64,000 nucleotides of DNA, taken from Bryobacterales bacterium. GTDB taxonomy: Bacteria > Acidobacteriota > Terriglobia > Bryobacterales > UBA6623. Shown piece by piece: positions 52,382 through 62,636 of the stretch. Each line of letters starts with the position of its first letter. Within the stretch, counting starts at the first letter, position 1. Location of the stretch: assembly GCA_963422375.2 (NCBI GenBank), contig OY729427.2, positions 1,152,001 through 1,216,000 of the forward strand, read 5' to 3'. The notes beneath the pieces are model-generated. The model was not told the origin of the DNA. It made no database searches and saw only the letters and a list, made by a program, of their open reading frames with translations. The position numbers and the translations under genes were made by a program.

Positions 52382-54120
52382 TTGTCGCACCAAGGAGGTC
52401 TTCAGTGGACACAATCGTCTCTGTTTGATGAATCAGTTTCGTCGGGACGCACCGGTTCTTCACGGCGAGTAGCCGGTCTTCCAAGCGGCAACCGCGAGCA
52501 TGCATTGAGGGTTGAACGTTCGACCCTCTGGGCAGCATGCGGCGATGCCCTCGGATCGATCGGTGAGCTAACTGACCAAATCGCCTTGAAACAGCGGACT
52601 GGCAGCAATGCTCTCCAACGCCCTGTTGGATGGACGAGACGAATCGGAGGTCGTGCCGGTGCCAATGTAAGATTGCCACCTAGCCGCTACTCCGATGATT
52701 CTCAGCCACGCCTTGCTACATGTCGTGCAATCGGGCCACATGGTCTCGACGTGGGGGCATTCTCTAGAGTGGAGCTTCAGATCTGACTTAGCGATGACCT
52801 TGCGGGAGGCAAGGGGACCCAAGCGGCCGCCTCGCATCTCGCTTCCACAAGCTCGCCGTGGTACCGCAACACTCTTCGCGGTTGGACCCGTTCCGGCGGG
52901 AACGGTGCCACGATGCGTATTGAGCCACATGTCTAGGCAAGCCCGTCACCTGATGAAGCAGGCACGTTCCTACTTGATGTTGTTCGCAACTCTGTTTGCA
53001 CACATTCGCATCCATGTGGCATACTAAGTGCAGTATTTCATGCCTTTGTGCTTGCTCGTGAGATGACTCTTTGGCAGCGTCACTCGACCGAATATCTACT
53101 CGATATTGTTAGCGTTCCTAATGCCATTCCTGCACTTATGAGCGGTGATGATACGTTGTCAACCATTGGGACGGCAGCGTTCAATAGGCTCATTAGGACT
53201 TTCTGGATGCATAAAGTTCTGAAATATCGCGCTGTAAATATGCCCTCAATAAAGCTTGTACGTCTAGAGAAATTACATGTTCACATCGGTGCAATTAGGG
53301 TATTCCCGATCCCTAAATCTTCCTAAAACGTCAGTCCTAGGTGACGGAGTACTCACTGGAATAGCGGCCGATGTTTTCACTTGCTACGAGTTACATCCAG
53401 AGAAGCAATTGAGTGGTTAGTTTAACGATATTGGAACAGATGTCGACATCATTGCAACGATGGACGGTACCATCATGGGCGCATCATCCGAATCGTATCC
53501 CTCGATTTCAATGCCTAATGATGCACTCTTTTGTTCGGAATCGGAGCGCCCATACAGGCCCAGAATGGGGTCCGTCTCAAGAGGACACTCCTGTCCAGAC
53601 CTTCTATATTGGTTTGCCCCTCAATGTCGAGCCGAGGCATTGTCTCGCGTCCCAAACGGGGAAATATACATTCATGAATTGCGGGTATCCAAGGAGTTGT
53701 GAGACCCGATTCGCTCTTGACGAGAGGAAATTCATAAGGCAGTCATTCCGTCTCCCTACGGGCAAGACGATGTTGGTCAAGCGTCGCAGGAACATCCCAC
53801 AGTACAAGTCCTTGTCTCGGAAGCCGTCGGAAGGGCAGGCCCAATGGGAGGTATCAGGGGGTTCTAGTGCAGGAACGAGTCCCGGAAGCAATTCGCAGGC
53901 GCACATTGTCGGTCCATCACGGTCAACTCGTAGTGAGCAAGTTGGATCAATTGTGCCTAATGGACAGATCTTGCCCAAGAAATTGCAGAAGGACATCAGC
54001 TACATCGAACGTAACTCTGAAGATGAAGCGATGATGTTGCGGATGCTGAGGCGAGTTACTAAGAGGGCATTTCCATCTGATGTAGAGACATTTGTGGCTG
54101 CCCTTGTCAGACTTGTCTAA
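52382..54120 (+). pseudogene. ADP-ribosylglycohydrolase family protein, heavily degraded
   Basis: LWAACGDALG, YSDDSQ, GGNGATMRI, THSHP, GTDVDIIATM across frames; in-frame stops at 52784 and 52934 plus later frameshifts. Confidence 0.82.
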
Positions 54121-54953
54121 TGCCCGTCCACACCGGCAATCCCTTCGGGAAATCTCGCGCATCAGGCCAGCTCAGAAGAAGTCCTCCATCAGGAGGGGCA
54201 GGTTAAAGGCGAGACACAATTCTCTTCTGATTCCTGTCAGATTTGTGCAATAGAGGACAGTCTCCGGACCGCACGGAATGAATAATACCAACATCAAACC
54301 AAGTGAGAGGCATCTGAAATCTAGGCTTCAAGAGCAGTGACTCAGACATCCCGAGCTTGTATCGCTTTCGATGCCGGAAGCAGGCCGCCCCGACGGACCG
54401 GGAGAGAAACACCGGCCGCACCCGGGCCGGCACTCATCAGGATGGGCCGGTTGCAACGCCCGTGAGGTGCTTGACACCCCCATCCACGGGCCCGGGCGTG
54501 GACACTCGGCTAAGCCGTAGCACTTCAATGGCTAGGATGGGAGCTCCTGTCCCCTGTACCCGACTCGAACCCGTGAAGGGACAAACGAGACGGTCGGCAT
54601 TCCGGGAACCCCACGTACTCGCAAATCTAGCCCGAAATGCACCGTCCTCGCATCAAGAAATCGCGAATCTCGCAGAGCCCACGAGTTTGGGAGCGTCCCG
54701 ATACACGCTAGTGGCAATGCGTGGCGAGTCGGCGAACCGCTGGTACGAGCCAGTCCGCCGACAGGTCACCCGCCTGCTGCCAGAGGTCTTGACACCGCCA
54801 GTGCCACATCGCGGTCAGGTCTTGCTCCTCATCGAGGCGCAGCACGTCCCGGAGGGTCCCTGGCACGGGCGATTCGAGCCGGCCAAACCCGTCGACACGC
54901 CCGGTCAGGCGAAGGAGCTGGGTATGCGCGGCCGGCAGCTCGTCCACGCGTTC

Positions 54954-56411
54954 CTACTTCAGAGCGACCGGATCCGCGAAGGGTCCAAGCCAAGGTCTCC
55001 CAGCAGGGCCACAGCCCTCTCGACGCGCAGCTCGGACGCCTTGAGCCCCTTGCGCACTCCGAAATGATTTCGACAGTTCCCCCATGATTCTAACGAGCTT
55101 GTCCGCTTGCGTCCGGTCAGGAGCGTACGCCCACGGGCAGCGGTCCACCCCTAAGAGTGATTTGACGACGGGCGACACGCGAGCGATGTCGACCGGCTGA
55201 GCCATATTTGGTCGCGCCTTCACTAGGAGCTGGTTAGATACCTCTAGATCCTCCGTATCGCACCACTGGTATGGGATCACGCTGGGGTGGTCAAACAAGA
55301 GGCCCTTTGCCCATTCAGCATGATGTTCCTTCAACTCGAGTCGAAGCCTTAGATAGGACGATTCAACTGGGTCGCTGCCTGCTCTGAGATCAACACACTT
55401 GAATAACTTTCTGTCAACTAGGCGACCAGCCAAGTTCGAGATGCTGCCGTTATCGGCGTACTTGAGCTCCGCCACAGAGGCCCAGACCACAGCGTCGTCA
55501 AGACAAAGCAAGTCACCTAGCGAAGGAGATTCAGTGGTAAGATACCGGCATAGAGGTCCAGGAAGAGCGAAGTGTCCCTCTCTCGCGACACTTGCCACGA
55601 GATTCAGCAGTGCCTCGAGCATTTTCTCGGCGGCTCTTGTGGTCTTGTGCATATAAACCATACAGTACAGCCGGTAGCGAGCTTCAAGGTACTCCTCTGC
55701 AACCGACATCCCCTTGGGGTCCAGATACAGGATCGGCACCTTGGTAGGCCCATCACCGCGCCCGATCACGAGTGATCCGACCTCTAGGCAATCAAGAAGC
55801 CAGTCGCGGTCAAAGTCCCCATATCCGACACCTGTCATTTGGCGGTCTCGTTGAATGTAGTCGAGACGGTCAGCGTCAAACTTACTGGTGACAACCGACG
55901 TGAAAATGTCACCGGCATCTCGCTTCAACAGATTGCTGATCTCGTCAGGAAGGCACGTATCCACCTCCCCCAGAACGGAGTTCACCTCCGTGTGATCGCG
56001 AATCACCTCCACGCTCCAGTCTTCGTGCCTTTTCGGCTCTCCAACCCCCATGCCCTCGAACGCATGGCTGAACGGCCCGTGCCCGATGTCGTGTAGGAGC
56101 GCAGCCAGCAGGGCCACCCGCGCCCGGACGGAGTCATACGTGTCGCTCTGCTTGCGCTTGATGACGCAAACGATCTGACGCGCCGTGTGGTAGACGCCAA
56201 TACTGTGTGCAAATCGGCTGTGGGTCGCTCCCGGATAGACCATATCGGCTAGTCCGAGTTGGCGAATGCGACGCAAGCGCTGGAACTCGGGCGTTTTGAT
56301 CAAGCGCCATGCGATTCGGTCGGTCTCGTTCTGAAACGGATCAGCGTTCCCACCAAACACAATGAGGCCGTGAACCGCATCGCGGACGCGCTGCTTCATG
56401 CCGTTCGTCAT
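54954..56411 (-). CDS. HD-domain phosphohydrolase (SAMHD1/YwfO-like dNTP triphosphohydrolase); aberrant C-terminal extension
   Basis: RDAVHG, FQRLRRIRQLG, YPGATHSRFAHSIG, ALLHDIGHGPFSH.FE, DADRLDY..RD, VYMHKT. Confidence 0.92.
   Translation of the reverse strand: MTNGMKQRVRDAVHGLIVFGGNADPFQNETDRIAWRLIKTPEFQRLRRIRQLGLADMVYPGATHSRFAHSIGVYHTARQIVCVIKRKQSDTYDSVRARVALLAALLHDIGHGPFSHAFEGMGVGEPKRHEDWSVEVIRDHTEVNSVLGEVDTCLPDEISNLLKRDAGDIFTSVVTSKFDADRLDYIQRDRQMTGVGYGDFDRDWLLDCLEVGSLVIGRGDGPTKVPILYLDPKGMSVAEEYLEARYRLYCMVYMHKTTRAAEKMLEALLNLVASVAREGHFALPGPLCRYLTTESPSLGDLLCLDDAVVWASVAELKYADNGSISNLAGRLVDRKLFKCVDLRAGSDPVESSYLRLRLELKEHHAEWAKGLLFDHPSVIPYQWCDTEDLEVSNQLLVKARPNMAQPVDIARVSPVVKSLLGVDRCPWAYAPDRTQADKLVRIMGELSKSFRSAQGAQGVRAARREGCGPAGRPWLGPFADPVALK
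54959..55063 (-). pseudogene. C-terminal remnant of the probable HD-partner (YwgA/Panacea-like) gene
   Basis: Alternative frame FGVRKGLKASELRVERAVALLGDLGLDPSRIRSL*, amphipathic, underlying the HD extension. Confidence 0.45.
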
Positions 56412-56760
56412 CGCCCCTGCCCAGACTCCCGCCTCTCTAACCGGCTAGCGCCCCAAGCAACCCGACCCGCCACGCACTCCCAGCCGACCACCGTTCCGTC
56501 TGGCACTCTGAACTCATCGTACCGCAAATGATACGAAGATTACGGCTCGTAATCTGCCTTCCAATTGTCTGTAAAAGGATTTTTACCGCAATCTTTGACG
56601 AACACAGAAGAACCGGCTTGCGAGGAAAGAGGGCGGGGCCTGAGGGCGCAAGGGACCATCGCCCTCGATGTCTGAATCCTGGGTGAGTAACGAGTCAAGC
56701 GCATGCGCTAGCGTACGACCGCGGTCGCCAATCCTCGGTAGGCGAGCCAAGCGCTATGTA

Positions 56761-57015
56761 GTGCTTGTGACAAAACCCCTGAATTCTGGCCCGATCAGCA
56801 TTTCATACTACATCCTGAGGTCGGATGGATCTCCAAACACAACATATAGGGCCCAAGGTCGGAAGTTGCTCAGACGCCAATCGCGAAGATTTCCGCGCTC
56901 TACCCAGAATCGCCAGGATTTCGGATTAGTCGTAGCATTCCAGCGAAATCTTCGCCTTGAGAGATTGGACCTAACGCCTTTTTTGTCAAGGGGATACGAG
57001 TTTTGTCACGGGCAC
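56761..57015. mobile_element. 255-bp MITE related to the ISNCY element at 30974-32843
   Basis: TIRs GTGCTTGTGACAAAAC / GTTTTGTCACGGGCAC (preceded by one more T); 6-bp direct repeat TATGTA at 56755-56760 and 57016-57021; no transposase. Confidence 0.9.
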
Positions 57016-58826
57016 TATGTAGGGCCGCCGCATTTGGCTTCGTGGCCTTGCGTTGCGCCCGGGGGAGCACCTGCGGAGTCTGCGCCCAGTGGCTGCTCCA
57101 ATCCCGAGAGGCGGCAGGGGGCCCGAGCGGATTCGAAGTGCCGGCACCAGCAAGGCTGGGAATTGACGGCCGAATCGAATGAGGTCACTCCACGACAGCT
57201 AGGGTTTGATCTCGGCGGATCTGGCGAGCACAGCGCGAGGCTGGCGCGACGGGCGAGTCAGGGCCGATCGGTCGCGGTCCGGCTCGACCAGCTTGTTGCG
57301 ACACGAGATGTTCACACGACGCGTGGCGCATTCCCTGCGAAGTCGAGCCCTTTCATGATGTAGTTCAAGCGACCCGCTGCCCATGTCGGGCGCTCTGGGC
57401 CGACGGTCGCGAGGCGCAGCCGGGCAAGTCGCAACCGGCATCCGCCCTCTCGGTCCCGCCTGAGCTGGCACTTGACCATCCAAGGCCTGTTGTCGTTTGC
57501 GCCGAGCTGGCACGCCGGTTCCAGCGGCGGGGTGCCGTTGTGGGCCCTTGAGGGCAGGTCTAGGACGAGGAGCCAAGTGGTCAGCGGCAGCGTGGCGCTC
57601 AATAGGATCGTGCCGACCGGCAGCGAAACCTAGCGCTTTCAGCCGTGGCACTAGTACAGGGCCCGGCGAGTCCCAAGACGGTAGAGTCTTTGACGGTAAT
57701 AGGCTAGGTATGCGACGCCGTCAGGCCGGAGGACGCCGAGCAGAATCCGAAGGGCGTCCCGTCAATGAAGGGTATCTTAATCTTATTGAATGGACTTATG
57801 GGGGTGATAATCCATCATAGTGAAACTGGTTGCGCAAAGCACCTGTTCTATCTATACAGGCGTCTGCGGGGCGTAGCGCCGCTCTGGTGCGAACGCACGC
57901 CCGAGGAAGCGAACACTTATCGGAGAGAGGGCGGCCGCAGCGGGCACTGCCAAGCAGTGGCGCAGGCTGCGGGCGCAAGCTAGGCGCTAGGGCGAGGACT
58001 TGGCCGGCTGGGTGCCCGCCTCCGGCCCATGCCACGTCCATGGAATTGCACCCTCGGCCGGACATCCAGCCCCATTCCCAAGTAGAGATCGGGCTCATTG
58101 GGGTTTGGACAGATTGATGGTACAATTCAGGCCCCACCCAAGCGTTTCACGTCAATGCCCGGTCAGGCAGGCCGCAATGACTGGATTGGAATTCCAGTAC
58201 GGTGGGGCTGACCGGTATCGCGTGCAGGTCCTAGGCATCCAAGCCGACCCAACAGCACGCCACCGGGCATGACCTACGGTTGATGCGTTTCACATGCGGC
58301 TTCGGAATCGTCCAACGTACCCCATCTGGAGTCAGACCCATCTGGATGTCTGAATCTACATCCCTCAATTTCGCTAGGCCGGTGCGGCAGCGGGTCCGGG
58401 AGACTCGTCTCGGGTTGTCGAACGAAAAGTCCGGGAGTCGCGACCCGCTTTGAACTGGCCCTCCAACCGCCGGTTGCTGCGCGGGGACAACCAATAGTTC
58501 GATTGGCAGAGATTGCCGCCGACGGCCGGCCCGGTCAGGTCGATTCCGCGACCGGCAGCTGCGGAAACTCGAGGCTCGTTGGGATTTGATTCAGAGATCT
58601 GCGATGATACTTCCCAGGCTGCTCTCGTCGCGGGCGTCCCTACAGGCGCGCGCGCACCGGAGTTCCAGCGATGGCCGAGCGCTTCCGAGCAGCTCTCGGG
58701 AACCTGTCGGGCCGAGCCCCATTCACGGCGTAAGATGGTATCAGCTAATCGGCAGGCGGTCGCTCGACCTCAAGGCCCCGCCATTCCCGCCTAGCCCCGC
58801 GAATTGCCGGGCTCCCCTCCGTACTC

Positions 58827-60137
58827 ATGTCGAACCTAGCAGTGTTGGGCCTCCAGTGGGGGGACGAGGGCAAGGGCAAGATCATCGACCTCGTGGCGGA
58901 ACACTTCGATATTGTCGTGCGTTGCCAAGGAGGCAACAATGCGGGCCACACCGTCAAGGCCGGCGGCCAGGTCTTCAAGTTGTCTCTCGTGCCGAGCGGA
59001 ATCCTGCGTCCGGGCAAGATCTCCGTGGTCGGCAACGGCGTGGTGATCGATCCCAGGGCGTTCATGGAGGAAGTAGACGGGCTCCGCGACAAGGGCGTGC
59101 CGGTGGACGGCAACCTACTCGTCAGCAACCGCGCGCACGTCGTGTTCCCGTATCACCCGGTCATGGAGCGGTCGACGGAGGCATCGCCTGGCGGGCGCAG
59201 GATCGGCACTACGGCGCGCGGTATCGGGCCGTGCTACGAAGACAAGGCCGCCCGGCGTGGCATTCGCGTGGCCGACCTGCTGTCGACCGACACCTTCCCC
59301 GACCGCTTCCGGTCGATAGCGAAGGAAAAGGCCGCCGTGGCGGCGGCTGCGGGAATCGAAGGGCCCACTTGGGACACCGACGCATCCGTCGCGGGCTATC
59401 TAGAGATGGCGGAGCGCCTGCGACCGTTCGTGAGGGACACCACGAGATACCTCAACGACGCTATCCGCCAGGGCAAGCGCCTTCTGTTCGAAGGCGCTCA
59501 AGCCACGATGCTCGACATCGACTTCGGCACCTATCCGTTCCTGACCTCCTCGAACGCGACCGCGGGCGGACTCTGCACAGGCTCGGGAGTCTCGCCGCGG
59601 ATGCTGCACGACATCGTGGGCGTCGCCAAGGCTTACGCCACCCGGGTCGGCGAGGGCCCCTTCGCGACGGAGGTCACCGGCCCTTCTGGGGACTCGCTTC
59701 GCGCGGCAGGAGCAGAGTTCGGCACCGTGACGGGGCGGCCGCGGCGGTGCGGATGGCTCGACTTGCCGCTCTTGCGCTACGCGCACGCCATCAACCACCT
59801 CTCGACGCTCTTTGTAACGAAACTCGACGTCCTCGACTCACTGGACCGCATTCCCGTCTGCACGGGCTACCGCTACAAGGGGTCGCCGATCGACTGGATG
59901 CCCGCCGTGGCCGAAGAGTACGCGGAAGTGCAGCCGGTCTACGAGGAACTGCGGGGGTGGAACAGCCCCACTCCGACCATTCGCGACTTCGGTCGCCTAC
60001 CGCAGGCGGCCAAGGACTACATCGCGTTCGTACAAGATCGCATCGAAGTCGAAATCGGCGGCGTTTCAACGGGGCCCGACCGAGATCAGTCGATCATCCG
60101 CCCCGGATCGGTCTTGGCGCGCATTGCCGGCGCGTGA
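58827..60137 (+). CDS. purA: Adenylosuccinate synthetase
   Basis: QWGDEGKGK, GGNNAGHT, GIGP.YEDK, EGAQ, GTYPFLTSS, TVTGRPRRCGW, TKLDVL. Confidence 0.97.
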   Translation: MSNLAVLGLQWGDEGKGKIIDLVAEHFDIVVRCQGGNNAGHTVKAGGQVFKLSLVPSGILRPGKISVVGNGVVIDPRAFMEEVDGLRDKGVPVDGNLLVSNRAHVVFPYHPVMERSTEASPGGRRIGTTARGIGPCYEDKAARRGIRVADLLSTDTFPDRFRSIAKEKAAVAAAAGIEGPTWDTDASVAGYLEMAERLRPFVRDTTRYLNDAIRQGKRLLFEGAQATMLDIDFGTYPFLTSSNATAGGLCTGSGVSPRMLHDIVGVAKAYATRVGEGPFATEVTGPSGDSLRAAGAEFGTVTGRPRRCGWLDLPLLRYAHAINHLSTLFVTKLDVLDSLDRIPVCTGYRYKGSPIDWMPAVAEEYAEVQPVYEELRGWNSPTPTIRDFGRLPQAAKDYIAFVQDRIEVEIGGVSTGPDRDQSIIRPGSVLARIAGA

Positions 60138-60290
60138 GCCCTAGGCATCACCAGCCAAGACGGCCGCGGAATCCGGCCTAGTACGCGACCGCGCCGGGCA
60201 ACGCGGAAAGCTCCCCCCTCCGCCAAGGCAAGCCGCCCTGGCCCGCCTGCGCGGGACAGGGCGGCGCGGAAGCCTTGGGAATGCCTCGAA

Positions 60291-62393
60291 TCAGTCGCCG
60301 CTTGCCCCGACTGTCTCGCGGGGCTCGCTCGGCGCTGCGATTTGCACGAGTTGCGGGGCCGCGGGCTCCTTGAGGACGTCCCTGCGGTACATCTTCATCA
60401 GCTTGGCCTCGTCCTCGGCAGACAGGTTGCGGGTCCGGGCGCCACTGGACGGAATCTGCTCGCCGCGGGCCTTCGCCTCGGCCAGCTTGCGGTCGCGGGC
60501 CGCGATCTTCTCCTCGCGAGCATTCTGCGGGCCGTCCGATACCTGCGCTCCGCGGGCGGCGTGGTCGGCGTTGATGTGCAGCTGGTCGCTGAGATGCGTG
60601 ATCTCCTCGACCTTGCGCCCGCCGGCGTATATCTTGTGCCGACCGTGCTCCCCGTACCAAGTTGACAGGGTCGCGGTCATGTGCATCTTCTCGATGATGT
60701 TGCGCCAGCCGATGCCGGTGTTGTACGCGCAGAATGAGATCTCGCCCTCCTGCGTGCCGTAGGGGATGACGCACATCTCGGTCCGCCGGAAGTCGTAGTT
60801 GAAGAGGTCCTGGAACCACATCCCGGCCACGAACAGGAAGTTCCACGGATCGTTGCGCCGTGCGGTGCCCTTGCCGTAGTTCCGTCCGCTCAGCGCGAAG
60901 GACTTGTCGAACTTCTTGAGCAGGTCGAACATCGAGAAGTCCGCCGGGGCCTTCATCGGGTTGTAGTTCTTGAGCAAGGCGAGGCCCATCTGCATGTTGG
61001 TCGCGAACTTGCCGCGCCCGGAGTCGGTGACGCGACGGATGTCCTGCACGAATTGCGGCACGTTGATGAATTCCGGCACCGCCGCCATGTCCTTGGTCTG
61101 CTTGTTGATCATCAGCGCCGTGCCCACGCCGCAGTTCGGGTGGCAGCCGCAGCTGACCTGGCCCCACTGGGCCTGCGGGCCGTGGGCCAGGTCGGCGGCG
61201 TCGACGAAGCTACCCATGACCGAGATCGGGAACCAGTCGCGCGTCGGCTCGGTGATGCCGACCTGCTGCTTGACGTCGTGCGCCAGGTGGCTCAGCGTGT
61301 AGCGCTGGCGACGGCGTCGCTCGTCGGTGATCTCCTCGTCGCGGCCGGTGAAGGAGACCGGCTGGAAGGCGATGAAGGCGATCCGGCCCGGGTTGTCGCG
61401 CGCGAACTGGATAATCGGGCCGACCTCCTCGTTGTTGACATTGTTCACCAGCGTGGTCACCAGCACGATCTCGATGCCCGCGTCGTGCATGTTCTCGATC
61501 GCCTTGATCTTGACGTCGAACAGGTTGCCGATCTTGCGGTGCTGGTTCGGCTCGTTGCCGATCCCGTCGAACTGCAGGTAGGCGTAGCGCATGCCGGCGT
61601 CGGCCACAGCCTCGGCGAACTCCCTGTTCTTGGCGAACTCGATGCCGTTGGTCGCCGCCTGAACCGAGTTGTAGCCGATCTTGCGACAGTACTGCACTGC
61701 CTTGAGGAAGTAGGGCGACATGGTCGGCTCTCCGCCGGAGAACTGGACCGACATCTGGCGCCGGGGCTTGATGCTGATCGCGTTGTCGAGGATGGTCTTG
61801 ATCTCTTCCCACTCGAGCTCGTGGACGAATCCGACCTGATTGGCGTCCATGAAGCAGGGGTCGCACATCATGTTGCAGCGGTTGGTCAGGTCGACGGTCA
61901 GGACGGCGCCGCGACCCCACTTCACGGTCGAGGAGCCGTGGTTGTGCAGGTCCTCGTCGTTATGGGCGCGGATGTCGCGTCCCGGGAACTGCGCTTCGAT
62001 GTGCTCGAGGAACTTGGCGTCGATCGCCATGAGGTCCTCGATCCGCCCGTGGCGAGGACAGTCCTTGACCATCCAGATCTGGCCGTCTCGCTCCAGGATG
62101 GTCGCCTTGACCTCGCCGACCTTCTCGGTCTTGAGGATCGAGTAGTCCACCTCTCCGTTCAGGATGACCTCGCGCGCCTCGCGCACGCACTTCGGGCAGA
62201 GGGAGTCGGTCTGGCGAGGCCAGCCGAGCGGGGGCTTGGTCTTCTCCCACGACTTGAGCATGGGCTTGTCGGACCAATTCGGCGTGAATGCCGGATTCGG
62301 CGCCTTGCTGCCATCGAGCTTGCGGGCGATCTTCCAGCCGCCCTTGGCCACCTGCGTAAGGCCGCGCTCCAAGTATTTCACCGGTCGCTGCAT
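60291..62393 (-). CDS. Radical SAM protein, tetraether synthase (Tes/GDGT-MAS)-like
   Basis: TDSLCPKC...KDCPRHG, LTNRCNMMCDPCF, SGGEPT, YLQFDG, FQPVSFTGR, CGCHPNCG, MWFQD, ISFCAYN. Confidence 0.85.
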   Translation of the reverse strand: MQRPVKYLERGLTQVAKGGWKIARKLDGSKAPNPAFTPNWSDKPMLKSWEKTKPPLGWPRQTDSLCPKCVREAREVILNGEVDYSILKTEKVGEVKATILERDGQIWMVKDCPRHGRIEDLMAIDAKFLEHIEAQFPGRDIRAHNDEDLHNHGSSTVKWGRGAVLTVDLTNRCNMMCDPCFMDANQVGFVHELEWEEIKTILDNAISIKPRRQMSVQFSGGEPTMSPYFLKAVQYCRKIGYNSVQAATNGIEFAKNREFAEAVADAGMRYAYLQFDGIGNEPNQHRKIGNLFDVKIKAIENMHDAGIEIVLVTTLVNNVNNEEVGPIIQFARDNPGRIAFIAFQPVSFTGRDEEITDERRRRQRYTLSHLAHDVKQQVGITEPTRDWFPISVMGSFVDAADLAHGPQAQWGQVSCGCHPNCGVGTALMINKQTKDMAAVPEFINVPQFVQDIRRVTDSGRGKFATNMQMGLALLKNYNPMKAPADFSMFDLLKKFDKSFALSGRNYGKGTARRNDPWNFLFVAGMWFQDLFNYDFRRTEMCVIPYGTQEGEISFCAYNTGIGWRNIIEKMHMTATLSTWYGEHGRHKIYAGGRKVEEITHLSDQLHINADHAARGAQVSDGPQNAREEKIAARDRKLAEAKARGEQIPSSGARTRNLSAEDEAKLMKMYRRDVLKEPAAPQLVQIAAPSEPRETVGASGD

Positions 62394-62636
62394 GCGTTCA
62401 CCTTTCCGAGAGTCGAATCGCCACCGGCAACGCGGACCGGCGCGAGTGGCCGGATCCCGTGCAGCCGGAGCGTCGGCGGGCCAGCCGCCACACGATCCTC
62501 GGCTAGTCTACGCAGGCACCGGAGCGCGGCACAATAGGAAACCGCCGAATCGCAGAAATTTGCGTGTCTATGGCAGCATTGGGGGTTGAACGGCAGCCTT
62601 AGCCCGTCCGCGGCGACGGATGCCGGCGGGCCAGGC

